Assembly (NCBI GenBank): GCA_009693045.1
Contig: SHXZ01000002.1
Location: 22,816 to 86,815, forward strand
Direction of reading: 5' to 3'
Source: Dehalococcoidia bacterium
GTDB lineage: Bacteria; Chloroflexota; Dehalococcoidia; Lucifugimonadales; SHYT01
DNA: 64,000 nt
This document shows positions 51,325 to 60,048 of this stretch, piece after piece. A program made the translations under genes and the position numbers. The stretch's first letter is position 1. Every line of letters starts with the position of its first letter. The notes beneath the pieces were generated by a model. It was given only the letters and a program-made list of their open reading frames with translations, was not told the DNA's origin and ran no database searches.

Positions 51325-52050
51325 TCAGCCAGATCTCGGAGGCGCTTTCACGCAGCGCAGGGCAACGACCGCGTTCAGATGGACCGACGGGACAAAGAAA
51401 GGCAGGTAGCGCACGGTTTCAACGCGGAACCAGTGGCGAAGCTCCTCAAGCACGTCCTGGAACGTGTTGCAGTGCTCCGCTCGGACAAAGCGCAAGTAGT
51501 CCCCCCTGCCGTACTTGCGCTCGAAATGTCGTTTCGTTGTAAGGCGGCGCCCAAGTTCGTGCGCCAGGCCTCCTTCGGCCGGAAGTCCGACGAGCAGCTC
51601 GCCGTCCGGCTTGAGGACCCGGCGAATCTCAGCCAGACTCGCGGGGAGGTTATGCAGGTGCTCAAACGAATACACGCTCACCACGCGATCAAAACACTCT
51701 GGGTGAAAGGGAAGGGAGTAGGCATCGCCGTGGACCGGTCTCAAATGAGGAAAGCTTTGCGTTGCTATCTCAAGATGCTCTCGGTTGATCTCCAGCCCGA
51801 CGTATGTCCCACCGGAGACGAATCTGGCGTGGTATCCTTGGCCGCAGCCAACCTCCAGAGTTACCGAGCTTGCCTGCGGGCGACGCGAAAACTTTTCAAT
51901 TTCCACGTGCGGTTGACGTTGGATCCATCCTAAAAATCCGGAATATCCCCACTCCGTGTATCCAAGGAGCCACTCTCTTTTCAGCTGGAGCTCCTCTTCC
52001 GAGAGCTGCAACACCGGCTTGGGCCAGCGCGCTTGGCGACGAGTGGTCAT
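51325..52050 (-). CDS. class I SAM-dependent methyltransferase
   Basis: LEVGCGQG, GDAYSLPF, FEH, RVLKPDG; lower GC. Confidence 0.85.
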   Translation of the reverse strand: MTTRRQARWPKPVLQLSEEELQLKREWLLGYTEWGYSGFLGWIQRQPHVEIEKFSRRPQASSVTLEVGCGQGYHARFVSGGTYVGLEINREHLEIATQSFPHLRPVHGDAYSLPFHPECFDRVVSVYSFEHLHNLPASLAEIRRVLKPDGELLVGLPAEGGLAHELGRRLTTKRHFERKYGRGDYLRFVRAEHCNTFQDVLEELRHWFRVETVRYLPFFVPSVHLNAVVALRCVKAPPRSG

Positions 52051-52295
52051 AAAGCATCCTTTGGAACGATAAGACCACTCCAGAGGCTTGGGCCGCAGCG
52101 TTTGATCATCGTTTGTTCCTCTCTCAGGTCTCAGGGGATTTGGGAACACCGGCGAGGTGTCTCTTCGTGTGGCGTTGCGCGCAGCAGCTCCCTGCGTGCT
52201 GGCCGCCCGTGTCCTGCGGCGCCCTCAACTAACGGTCCCTGAGCGGAGGGACGAATCCGTCCCTCCGCATCACGAGCGTGCTTCCGTCCCCACCT

Positions 52296-53528
52296 CTACC
52301 ACACCCGCACCTCCACCGTCTCCCCCGCGTACAGGCCGCTTTTGTCCAGCGCCACCTTCACCAGCCCGTCGGCGCGGACCAGCGTGAAGATCAGGTTGGA
52401 TTTCCCGAACAGCGGCTCCGCACACACCTGCCCGTTCTCGCGGACCAGGCGCACCGGCACGTAGTCCTCGCGCCCTGGCGCCGAGGCGATGTTCCGGGTG
52501 AGCCGCGCCACGACCGTCCGCTCTGTCCGCGAGGCGTTTTCACCGCTCAGCCACCCGATCAGCGGAGTGACAAAGAGGTCAAACACCACCATCGCCGACA
52601 CCGGGTTGCCAGGCAGCCCGACGACTGGCTTGCCGTCGCACATCGCGAGCACGGTCGGCTTCCCCGGCCGGAGCGAGACGCCGTGGACGAGAACGCCCGG
52701 CGCGCCGAGCCGGCTGATGACGTTTGCGGTCATGTCGCGCGTGCTCACGGAGCTGCCGGCGGAGATCACCAGCGCGTCGGCCTCGGCGAGCGCCTTGCGG
52801 GCGGCGGCGAGCAGCGTCGCAAGATCGTCGGGGACGATGCCGAAGCGGAGTGGCGCGCCCCCGGCCTGCTCTACCAGCGCGGCCACGGTGTAGCTGTTGA
52901 TGTCGCGCACCTGGCCTGGGCCCGGCCTGGCCGTCGGCGGCACCACCTCGTCACCCGTGGAGACGATGGCGACGCGCGGGCGGCGGGCCACGGCGACCTG
53001 CGTAACGCCCATCGCCATGAGCCCGCCGATGTCCTGGGCGCGAAGCCGGCGGCCTTTGGGGAGCAGCAGGTCGCCAGGCCTGATGTCTTCGCCAGGTTGG
53101 ACGACGTTCTCGCCGGGCGCCACGGGGCGGAGCACCTCAATGGCGTCGGGCCTGACCTCCTGGGTCTGCTCCACCATCACCACCGCGTCCGCACCCTCTG
53201 GCACCATCCCTCCCGTGTAGCAGAGCGCGGCCTGGCCCTGCGCCACCTGCACCGTTGGCGCGCGGCCCATGGGCGCCTCGCCGACGACCGAGAGGTACGC
53301 CGGCAGGCTCTCGGCGGCCCCGAACGTGTCCTGGGCGCGCACGGCGTACCCGTCCATGTTGGAGCGCGGGAACGCGGGCAGCGCTTCGGTCGCCGTGAGG
53401 TCCGTGGCGAGGACGCGGCCCAGGGCCTGATCGGCGGGGACGACCTCCGACTCCGGCCTTGGCGTGACGTGCTTTCGCAGCACCTCCAGCGCTTGGCTGG
53501 GGGGCAGAACGTTGAACAGCTCGGGCAT
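52296..53528 (-). CDS. moeA: molybdopterin molybdo/tungsto-transferase MoeA
   Basis: SNMDGYAV, TGGMVPEGADAV, STGDEV, PGKPT, LPGNPVS. Confidence 0.92.
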   Translation of the reverse strand: MPELFNVLPPSQALEVLRKHVTPRPESEVVPADQALGRVLATDLTATEALPAFPRSNMDGYAVRAQDTFGAAESLPAYLSVVGEAPMGRAPTVQVAQGQAALCYTGGMVPEGADAVVMVEQTQEVRPDAIEVLRPVAPGENVVQPGEDIRPGDLLLPKGRRLRAQDIGGLMAMGVTQVAVARRPRVAIVSTGDEVVPPTARPGPGQVRDINSYTVAALVEQAGGAPLRFGIVPDDLATLLAAARKALAEADALVISAGSSVSTRDMTANVISRLGAPGVLVHGVSLRPGKPTVLAMCDGKPVVGLPGNPVSAMVVFDLFVTPLIGWLSGENASRTERTVVARLTRNIASAPGREDYVPVRLVRENGQVCAEPLFGKSNLIFTLVRADGLVKVALDKSGLYAGETVEVRVW

Positions 53529-53924
53529 CGTCTCTACCGCCACCACGTGGTCACAACCATGATACATCACGTCGCCACGAGCGGTGGTGACCTCTCCCCT
53601 AAAAGGGAGGGGAGAACAGGCTCTTCCCTCCGGGAAGGGGGAGCTGAACTGACCTTGTTTTGGTGCTCATGACAACCAAGGGACTTGGGGCCGCCTATCC
53701 AGGCGCCGAGCCCGATTGTTTTTTTGCAGTAGGGGATTTCCCATTTGCGCCGGTGTATCGCTGTAGCTGCCATGTTCGTTATTTTTTTGCTGCTGTTTTC
53801 GTTTGCAGAATGTGAAGCAACGAATCCGATTTTCGTAGGGGGACGGTCCGCGGATGACGCAAATTCCGCGGTTTGTGTGGAAGGGCACGGCGCACGTGGT
53901 TGGCTACGTGTGGGTCATTGGGGC

Positions 53925-53954
53925 AGAATAGAACAGAAGTTCTGTTTTTCGCAA
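53925..53954 (-). promoter_or_regulatory. putative promoter overlapping a LexA-box-like palindrome
   Basis: AGAACAGAAGTTCT at 53930-53943 within TTGCGA-18nt-TATTCT. Confidence 0.45.
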
Positions 53955-54157
53955 GGGGCGGATGGCAGGGTGGGGAGACGATCCGCAGCTGGTCAGTGTT
54001 GGGAGGAGCGCTGAGGCAGACTCAGCCCGGCCATCGTGGTTGACAGACGCTGTCAGGCGCGCTAGCGTTGGCTTGCCTGGCGCTGCGCCCCAGTTCTTCC
54101 CTCCCCATTCAGGGAGTGACCGAGGGAGAGGTCGCGCAGGCGGGAAGGGGCCTCGGC

Positions 54158-55276
54158 ATGACGAGCCGCATTCCATTCGCACGAGCGGGGTACCAGCGCG
54201 TCCGAGATGAAGACGCGGTCCTCGTCAACTGGGAGAAGCTCGCGGCGTTCTGCGCCGACGTGTTCGTGAAGCTCAACGTGCCCCTGGACGAGGCCCACAT
54301 CGCGGCGGACGTGCTCGTTCAGTCCGACCTGCGCGGCGTGGACTCCCACGGCGTCGCGCACATGAACCTCAAGAGCTTTTACGTTGGCAGCCTGCTCAGC
54401 GGGAGCGTCAACCCGCGGCCGCGCATGCGTGTGGAGCACGAGTCGCCCTCCACCGCGTTGCTCAACGGCGACAGCGGCCTGGGCCTCGTGATTGGCCACC
54501 ACGCCATGAACGAGGCCATCCAGCGCGCTCGCAACGCCGGCACCGGCTGGGTTGCCGTGCGCAACTCGCACCACTACGGCATGGCGGCCTACTTCGCCAT
54601 GATGGCCCTGGAGCACGACATGATCGGCATCTCCATGACCAATGCGGGGCCGCAGATGGTCCCGACGTTCGGCGCCAAGCCGATGCTCGGCACGAACCCG
54701 ATCGCCGTGGCGATACCGGCGGGGAACGAGCCGCACTTCGTGCTGGACATGGCGACCACGGTGACGGCGGGCGGCAAGTTTGAAATCGCTTCGCGCCTGG
54801 GCCTGCCCGTCCCGACGGACTGGGGTGCGGACGCCTACGGCTTCCCGACCACCGACCCCAAGATTGCGAACGCGGCGAAATTCTACTACCCGCTCGGCGG
54901 CACCCGCGAGGGTAGCAGCCACAAGGGGTACGGCCTGGGCGTGGTGGTGGACGTGCTGACGGGCGTCCTCTCCGGCGCGGGAGCGTCGTTCCTGCTGCCC
55001 AGGGGGTACAACGGACATTTCTTCGGCGCCATGCGCGTGGATGGCTTCTGCACCGTGGGCGACTTCAAGTCGCGTATGGACGAAATGCTCCGCACGCTCA
55101 AGCAGACGCCGCCCGCGCCGGGCCACGACCGCGTGTACGTTGCCGGCGAGATTGAGCACGAGATGAAGCAGGAGCGCATGACGGAGGGCATTCCGCTGCA
55201 CAAGGCGGTCATGCAGCAGCTTTTGGACATCAGCAAGGAGCTGAGCGTGTCCTGCGATATTGAGGTGGCGAAGTAG
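54158..55276 (+). CDS. Ldh_2 (type 2 malate/L-lactate dehydrogenase family) oxidoreductase
   Basis: DLRGVDSHG, NSHHYG, GTNPIA, LDMAT, HKGYGL. Confidence 0.9.
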   Translation: MTSRIPFARAGYQRVRDEDAVLVNWEKLAAFCADVFVKLNVPLDEAHIAADVLVQSDLRGVDSHGVAHMNLKSFYVGSLLSGSVNPRPRMRVEHESPSTALLNGDSGLGLVIGHHAMNEAIQRARNAGTGWVAVRNSHHYGMAAYFAMMALEHDMIGISMTNAGPQMVPTFGAKPMLGTNPIAVAIPAGNEPHFVLDMATTVTAGGKFEIASRLGLPVPTDWGADAYGFPTTDPKIANAAKFYYPLGGTREGSSHKGYGLGVVVDVLTGVLSGAGASFLLPRGYNGHFFGAMRVDGFCTVGDFKSRMDEMLRTLKQTPPAPGHDRVYVAGEIEHEMKQERMTEGIPLHKAVMQQLLDISKELSVSCDIEVAK

Positions 55277-55405
55277 CGACGGCGCGGCGGGGATCGGCTG
55301 GCCGCAAGGCCGGGCGAAAAGGTGCGTGGCATTTCGACCTACTCTTCCTCTCACCGCTTCGCTCAGGGCAGGCTTACGACAGAGGGGACTTGAAAGGAGC
55401 ACGCC

Positions 55406-56179
55406 GTGCGCCCGAACAACGTGAAGGCCATGTGGAAGCAGGGCAAGCCCGTCGCCGTCGGCTGGGTGTCCAGCGCCGACACGTACGTGGCGGAGGTGAT
55501 GGCCAACGCGGGCTTTGACGCGCTCGTGCTGGACATGCAGCACGGCATGGGCATCGGGCCGGACCGGGCGGCGACCTGGCTCCAGGCCGTGAGCACCACG
55601 CAGACAGTCCCGATGGTCCGCGTCCCGTGGAACGAGCCGGTATTTATCCAGTGGGTGCTGGACGCGGGCGCGTACGGCGTCATCGTGCCGCTCGTTAACA
55701 ATAGGGAGGAGGCCGCCAAGGCCGCTGGCGCCTGCCGCTACCCGCCGCTGGGCTACCGCAGCATGGGCCCCAACCGCGCCCGCCTCTACGCCGGCGCTGA
55801 CTACGCCCAACACGCCAACCAGGAGATCGCATGCCTCGTCATGGTGGAGGACCTCCGCACCGTGGACCAGATTGACGAGCTCGCCAAAGCCCCAGGCATA
55901 GACGGCTTTTACATCGGGCCTTCCGACCTGGCCCTCTCCATGGGCCTTCCGGCTGGGGCCTACCGGCAGGACGAGCGTCACGCCGCCGCGTGCCGGCGCG
56001 TCGTGGACGCCGCCAAGGCGCACGGGCTGGTGGCGGGCGTCCACTGCGGCGGGGCGGAGGAGGCCGTGCAGCGGTTCTCGCAGGGCTTCAAGTTCTGCCC
56101 CATCGGCAGCGACGTCGGGATGATCGCTGCGGGTGCCGCAGCGGCGTTGCAGACGGTGCGGAAGGCGTTTCCCCCATAA
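55406..56179 (+). CDS. HpcH/HpaI class II aldolase
   Basis: DMQHG, VRVPWN, LDAGA, YPPLGYRS, IGPSDL. Confidence 0.9.
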   Translation: MRPNNVKAMWKQGKPVAVGWVSSADTYVAEVMANAGFDALVLDMQHGMGIGPDRAATWLQAVSTTQTVPMVRVPWNEPVFIQWVLDAGAYGVIVPLVNNREEAAKAAGACRYPPLGYRSMGPNRARLYAGADYAQHANQEIACLVMVEDLRTVDQIDELAKAPGIDGFYIGPSDLALSMGLPAGAYRQDERHAAACRRVVDAAKAHGLVAGVHCGGAEEAVQRFSQGFKFCPIGSDVGMIAAGAAAALQTVRKAFPP

Positions 56180-56401
56180 CAGACCTGAGAGCCCTGTTGT
56201 TCGCCGTACGTAGGGGCGCAGCATGTTGCGTCCCTACGTCTTGTTTTCTCGGACACAGCGTGTCAGGCCAGAGCCCAACGCCCTCCGAAGCGGTCTGGCT
56301 CTCCCTACTTGCCCTCCGAGCCGCAAGCGGTTAGTATCCGTTGGGCCTCAGCCATACTACGGGGCCGGTCCGCATCGGAATCCGTCACAGGAGAATAAAG
56401 C

Positions 56402-57823
56402 ATGACCACAACAACGTCCCGCGCTACCACCAATCTTGAGCAGATGCGGCGTATCTTCAACCCGCGCGGCGTCGCCGTCGTCGGCGCGTCCACCCAGCCG
56501 GGGCGCATCGGGTACGCCGTCGTGGAAAACCTCAAGAACGGCGGCTACGCGGGTGGCGTTTACCCCATCAACAACCGCGCCGAGCCGGGCCAGGCGCTCC
56601 TCGGCTACCCCATCCTCAAGGGCGTCGCCGACATCACCGGCCCCGTGGACGTGGCCGTCATCGCCGTCCCCGCCGCGCTCGTGCCCGGCCTCGTGCCGGA
56701 GATCGCTGCCAAGGGCATCACGGGGATGATCGTCATCTCCTCCGGCTTCTCCGAGACGGGCAACGTCGACCTGCAGAAGCAGCTCCAGGCCGCCGCCAAG
56801 CAGCACGGCGTCCGCGTCATGGGGCCGAACATCTACGGCTACTACTACACGCCGCAAAAGTTGTGCGCGACCTTCTGCACGCCATACTCGGAGCAGGGCG
56901 GCGTCGCGCTCGTCTCCCAGAGCGGCGGCGTGGGCATGGCTATCCTGGGCTACAGCCGCAGCAAGAAGATGGGCGTCTCCGCCATCGTCGGCCTTGGCAA
57001 CAAGTCTGACATTGACGAAGACGACCTGCTGGAGTACTTCGGCCAGGACGACAACACCAAAGTCGTCGCCATCCACATGGAGGACCTCAAGGACGGGCGC
57101 GCCTTCCTGGAGGCCGCGAAGAAAGTGACGAAGCACAAGCCGGTCGTCGTGCTCAAGGCGGGGCGCACCAGCCAGGGCGCGCGGGCCGCCGCGTCGCACA
57201 CCGCCGCGCTCGCCGGCCAGGACCGCGTCTACGACGCCGCGTTCCAGCAGGCGGGCGTCATCCGCGCCAACACGCTGGAGGAGCTGCTGGACTGGGCGCG
57301 CGTGCTCCAGATGCTGCCGGATCCGGCGGGCGAGGACGTGGTCATCATCACCGGCGCGGGCGGCCTTGGCGTGCTCCTCTCGGATGCCTGCGAGGACTAC
57401 GGCCTGGAGCTGATGAAGATGCCCAAGGACCTGGACGAGGCATTCCGCAAGTTCATCCCGCCCTTTGGCGCGGCGGGCAACCCCGTTGACATAACCGGCG
57501 GCGAGCCGCCCGCTACCTACGAGAACTGCATCCGCATGGCCATCCGCGAGCCGCGCATCCACTCCCTCGTCATTGGCTACTGGCACACCATCATCACTCC
57601 GCCGATGGTCTTCGCCGAGCTGCTGGCGAAGGTCGTCCGCGAGGAGGCCGCCAACGGCTTCACCAAGCCCGTCCTCGCCACCCTGGCAGGCGACGTGGCC
57701 GTGGAAGACGCCTCCCGCTACCTGGAGGAGCGCGGCATCCCCGCGTACCCCTACGCGCCCGAGAAGGCCGTGGCCGCGCTGGGCGCCAAGTACAAGTTCT
57801 GGCGGGGGAGCAAGGCGGGGTAG
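56402..57823 (+). CDS. ADP-forming acyl-CoA synthetase alpha (CoA-binding) subunit
   Basis: VAVVGAS, GFSE, GPN, SQSGG, GNKSD, AASHTAAL phospho-His, GNPVD. Confidence 0.9.
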   Translation: MTTTTSRATTNLEQMRRIFNPRGVAVVGASTQPGRIGYAVVENLKNGGYAGGVYPINNRAEPGQALLGYPILKGVADITGPVDVAVIAVPAALVPGLVPEIAAKGITGMIVISSGFSETGNVDLQKQLQAAAKQHGVRVMGPNIYGYYYTPQKLCATFCTPYSEQGGVALVSQSGGVGMAILGYSRSKKMGVSAIVGLGNKSDIDEDDLLEYFGQDDNTKVVAIHMEDLKDGRAFLEAAKKVTKHKPVVVLKAGRTSQGARAAASHTAALAGQDRVYDAAFQQAGVIRANTLEELLDWARVLQMLPDPAGEDVVIITGAGGLGVLLSDACEDYGLELMKMPKDLDEAFRKFIPPFGAAGNPVDITGGEPPATYENCIRMAIREPRIHSLVIGYWHTIITPPMVFAELLAKVVREEAANGFTKPVLATLAGDVAVEDASRYLEERGIPAYPYAPEKAVAALGAKYKFWRGSKAG

Positions 57824-57837
57824 CGCCAGGCCCATGG

Positions 57838-57981
57838 GTCTGGCTCGTCTATTCCGCCACCCGCACTATCGTCGCCTTCCGCCCGGACGGCTCCGCCCAG
57901 AGCTACCGCGAGGGCGACGTGCTGACGGACGAAGCCCTTCTGCCCGGACTCTCCCTCGCCGTGCGAGAGGTGTCTGAGTAG
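57838..57981 (+). pseudogene. Uma2/DUF820 endonuclease C-terminal fragment
   Basis: VWLVYSATRTIVAFRPDGSAQSYREGDVLTDEALLPGLSLAVREV*. Confidence 0.65.
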
Positions 57982-58093
57982 ACGCGGCCTGGGGGGACGC
58001 CTACCACTACCTTGGGGGAGCGCGGCATCTCGGGGTACCCCTACGCCCCGGAGAAGGCCGTGGCCGCCTTGGGCGCGACAGCAGGCTCTGGCG
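57981..58093 (+). repeat. degenerate direct repeat of the 3' end of the acyl-CoA synthetase alpha gene (57692-57804)
   Basis: Shared gagcgcggcatc...gtacccctacgc.cc.gagaaggccgtggccgc. Confidence 0.85.
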
Positions 58094-58343
58094 AAGTAGG
58101 CTCCTTTCTAAAAATGGTACGCAATTGTTCGGTTTGGAGGTAAGACATGCCGACCCGAGAGGAGCTTCGCCAATCATCATTGGCAGTTGTCGAGCCGTTT
58201 ATAGAAGACTGGCGGTCTATCTCGCCTCAAAGTGGAGCAGCGTTCAGGAACTGGTCTGTAGCGCAAATCCTTCCCGTACCCCATCGCGACTCTCAAACCC
58301 ATTGAGTAATCTGAACCGATTGTTCACTGCCCTAGTAGCCCCC

Positions 58344-58751
58344 ATGCCCCCTTTCTCCACCAAACGCCTGCCCGCCGCGCCCTCCGCCACCGCCCCCGAC
58401 GGCTCCGAGGTGCGCATCCTGCTCCGGCTTTCGGGAGGCAGCGTCGCCCACTTCCAGCTCGCGCCGGGGCAAGCGTCCGTCGCCGTCGCGCACCACACCG
58501 TGGAAGAGATCTGGTACTTCCTGAGTGGCCTCGGCGAGATGTGGCGCAAGCAGGGCGACCGTGAAGAGGTTGTGACGGTGGACCACGGCGTCTGCATCAC
58601 CATCCCGGTCGGCACGCACTTCCAGTTTCGGTCGTTTGGGCCGGAACCGCTGGCCGCCGTCGGGGTCACGATTCCTCCGTGGCCGGGCGAGGGCGAGGCG
58701 TACGAGGTGGGGGGCAAGTGGCCGCCGACGGTGAAGCCAGGGACCCGCTAA
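58344..58751 (+). CDS. cupin-domain protein
   Basis: APDGSEVR...HHTVEEIWYFLSG.G...IPVGTHFQFR. Confidence 0.85.
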   Translation: MPPFSTKRLPAAPSATAPDGSEVRILLRLSGGSVAHFQLAPGQASVAVAHHTVEEIWYFLSGLGEMWRKQGDREEVVTVDHGVCITIPVGTHFQFRSFGPEPLAAVGVTIPPWPGEGEAYEVGGKWPPTVKPGTR

Positions 58752-58808
58752 TGGCCCCATCCGCGGGCTATGACGCGCACGTGGGCGGCGCGGGCATATA
58801 ATGGCCCT

Positions 58809-59522
58809 ATGAGCACCGTTGCTAACTCCAACACCTCCGGCGTCACCGCCGTCGTCCTCGCGGGCGGCATGAGCCGCCGGCTGGGGCGCAACAAGGCGCT
58901 GGAGCCTATTGGCGGCCAGCCCCTCATCTGCCGCGTCACGGAGCGTCTTGCCCAGGTTGCCGAGGAGCTGGTCGTGGTGGTCAACGAGGCCGAGCGCGCC
59001 ACCGTCCTCCCCCTGCCCCCCGGCGCCAAGGTCACCGTGGACAAGTACCCGGGCAAAGGCTCGCTGGGCGGCCTGTTCACCGGCCTCTCGGCGGCCACGC
59101 AGCCCTGGGCTGTCATGGTCGCCTGCGACATGCCGTTTCTTAGCGTGGCGTTGCTCGAGCACATGCTCTCGCTGCGCGAGGGCCACGACGTCGTCGTGCC
59201 CGTGCTGGCAGACCCTTCCACCTCCCCTAAAAGGAGAGGGGGAAGGGGGGAGGGGTCGCGGGGGCCGGGCGGTGAGGCGCGCCCCGAGCCGCTGCACGCG
59301 CTGTACTCCACTCGGTGCCTGCCCTTCATGGAGCGCCGCCTCCAGGCCGACGACCTGAAGATCGCGCGGTTCTTTGACGAGGTTCGCGTTCGCTACGTGC
59401 CGGAGGCGGAGCTGCGGCGGCTGGACCCGGAGCTGCTCAGCTTCTTCAACATCAACACGCAGGAGGACGTGGACCGGGCGCAGGCGTTGGCGGTGCGAGA
59501 GTGCGCCACGCCGTCATTCTGA
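58809..59522 (+). CDS. mobA: molybdenum cofactor guanylyltransferase, with in-frame repeat insertion
   Basis: LAGGMSRRLGRNK, ACDMPF, EPLHALY, NINT. Confidence 0.9.
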   Translation: MSTVANSNTSGVTAVVLAGGMSRRLGRNKALEPIGGQPLICRVTERLAQVAEELVVVVNEAERATVLPLPPGAKVTVDKYPGKGSLGGLFTGLSAATQPWAVMVACDMPFLSVALLEHMLSLREGHDVVVPVLADPSTSPKRRGGRGEGSRGPGGEARPEPLHALYSTRCLPFMERRLQADDLKIARFFDEVRVRYVPEAELRRLDPELLSFFNINTQEDVDRAQALAVRECATPSF

Positions 59523-59652
59523 GCCGGAGCGTAGCGCAGGCGAGAAATCTCTCATGGCCCCGGAGTGCAAACGCGGCAGCCGGAGGGATGAACATCGTGT
59601 CACAATGTAGCCTCGACCCTACACGCGAGGCAATCAGAGGCGTAGCGACATA

Positions 59653-59964
59653 ATGAGCACGCAGAACACGACCCAGGCCATCACCGTCACCGTGGAGCTG
59701 TACGGCGTCGCGCACATGGTTGGTCGCGAGCGCAAGGTCAAGATCGCCGTCGCGCCCGACGCCACCATCCGCGACGCCATCGCCGCGCTGGCCGATGCGT
59801 GCCCGAGGCTGGTCGGCAGGATCATCAGCGACGACTGCTCGCGGTTCCTGGTGGGCTACGTGTTCAACCACAACGGCGTCACGTTCCTGGACGCGCCGGA
59901 CGCCAAGCTCGGCGCCCAGTCTGGCGACGTGCTCATTCTGATGTCCAGCATGGCGGGGGGATAG
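59653..59964 (+). CDS. MoaD/ThiS-family sulfur carrier
   Basis: Ubiquitin-like size, C-terminal AGG; directly upstream of aor. Confidence 0.85.
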   Translation: MSTQNTTQAITVTVELYGVAHMVGRERKVKIAVAPDATIRDAIAALADACPRLVGRIISDDCSRFLVGYVFNHNGVTFLDAPDAKLGAQSGDVLILMSSMAGG

Positions 59965-60048
59965 CAGCCTTCGCGTTACGTGAACTACATCGAAGCATCA
60001 GACATTTCCCCTCCCCACATAATTGTGGAGAGGGGTCAGGGGTGAGGT

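Noticed and set aside
53530-53900. Moco/Wco riboswitch upstream of moeA
   Set aside because: No recognisable conserved core; the hairpins present belong to the repeat families.
54062-56224. Long antisense/shadow ORFs (also 3868-5316, 15223-16674, 26163-27458, 43662-45065, 56357-57835)
   Set aside because: Expected opposite real genes in high-GC DNA; no recognisable motifs.
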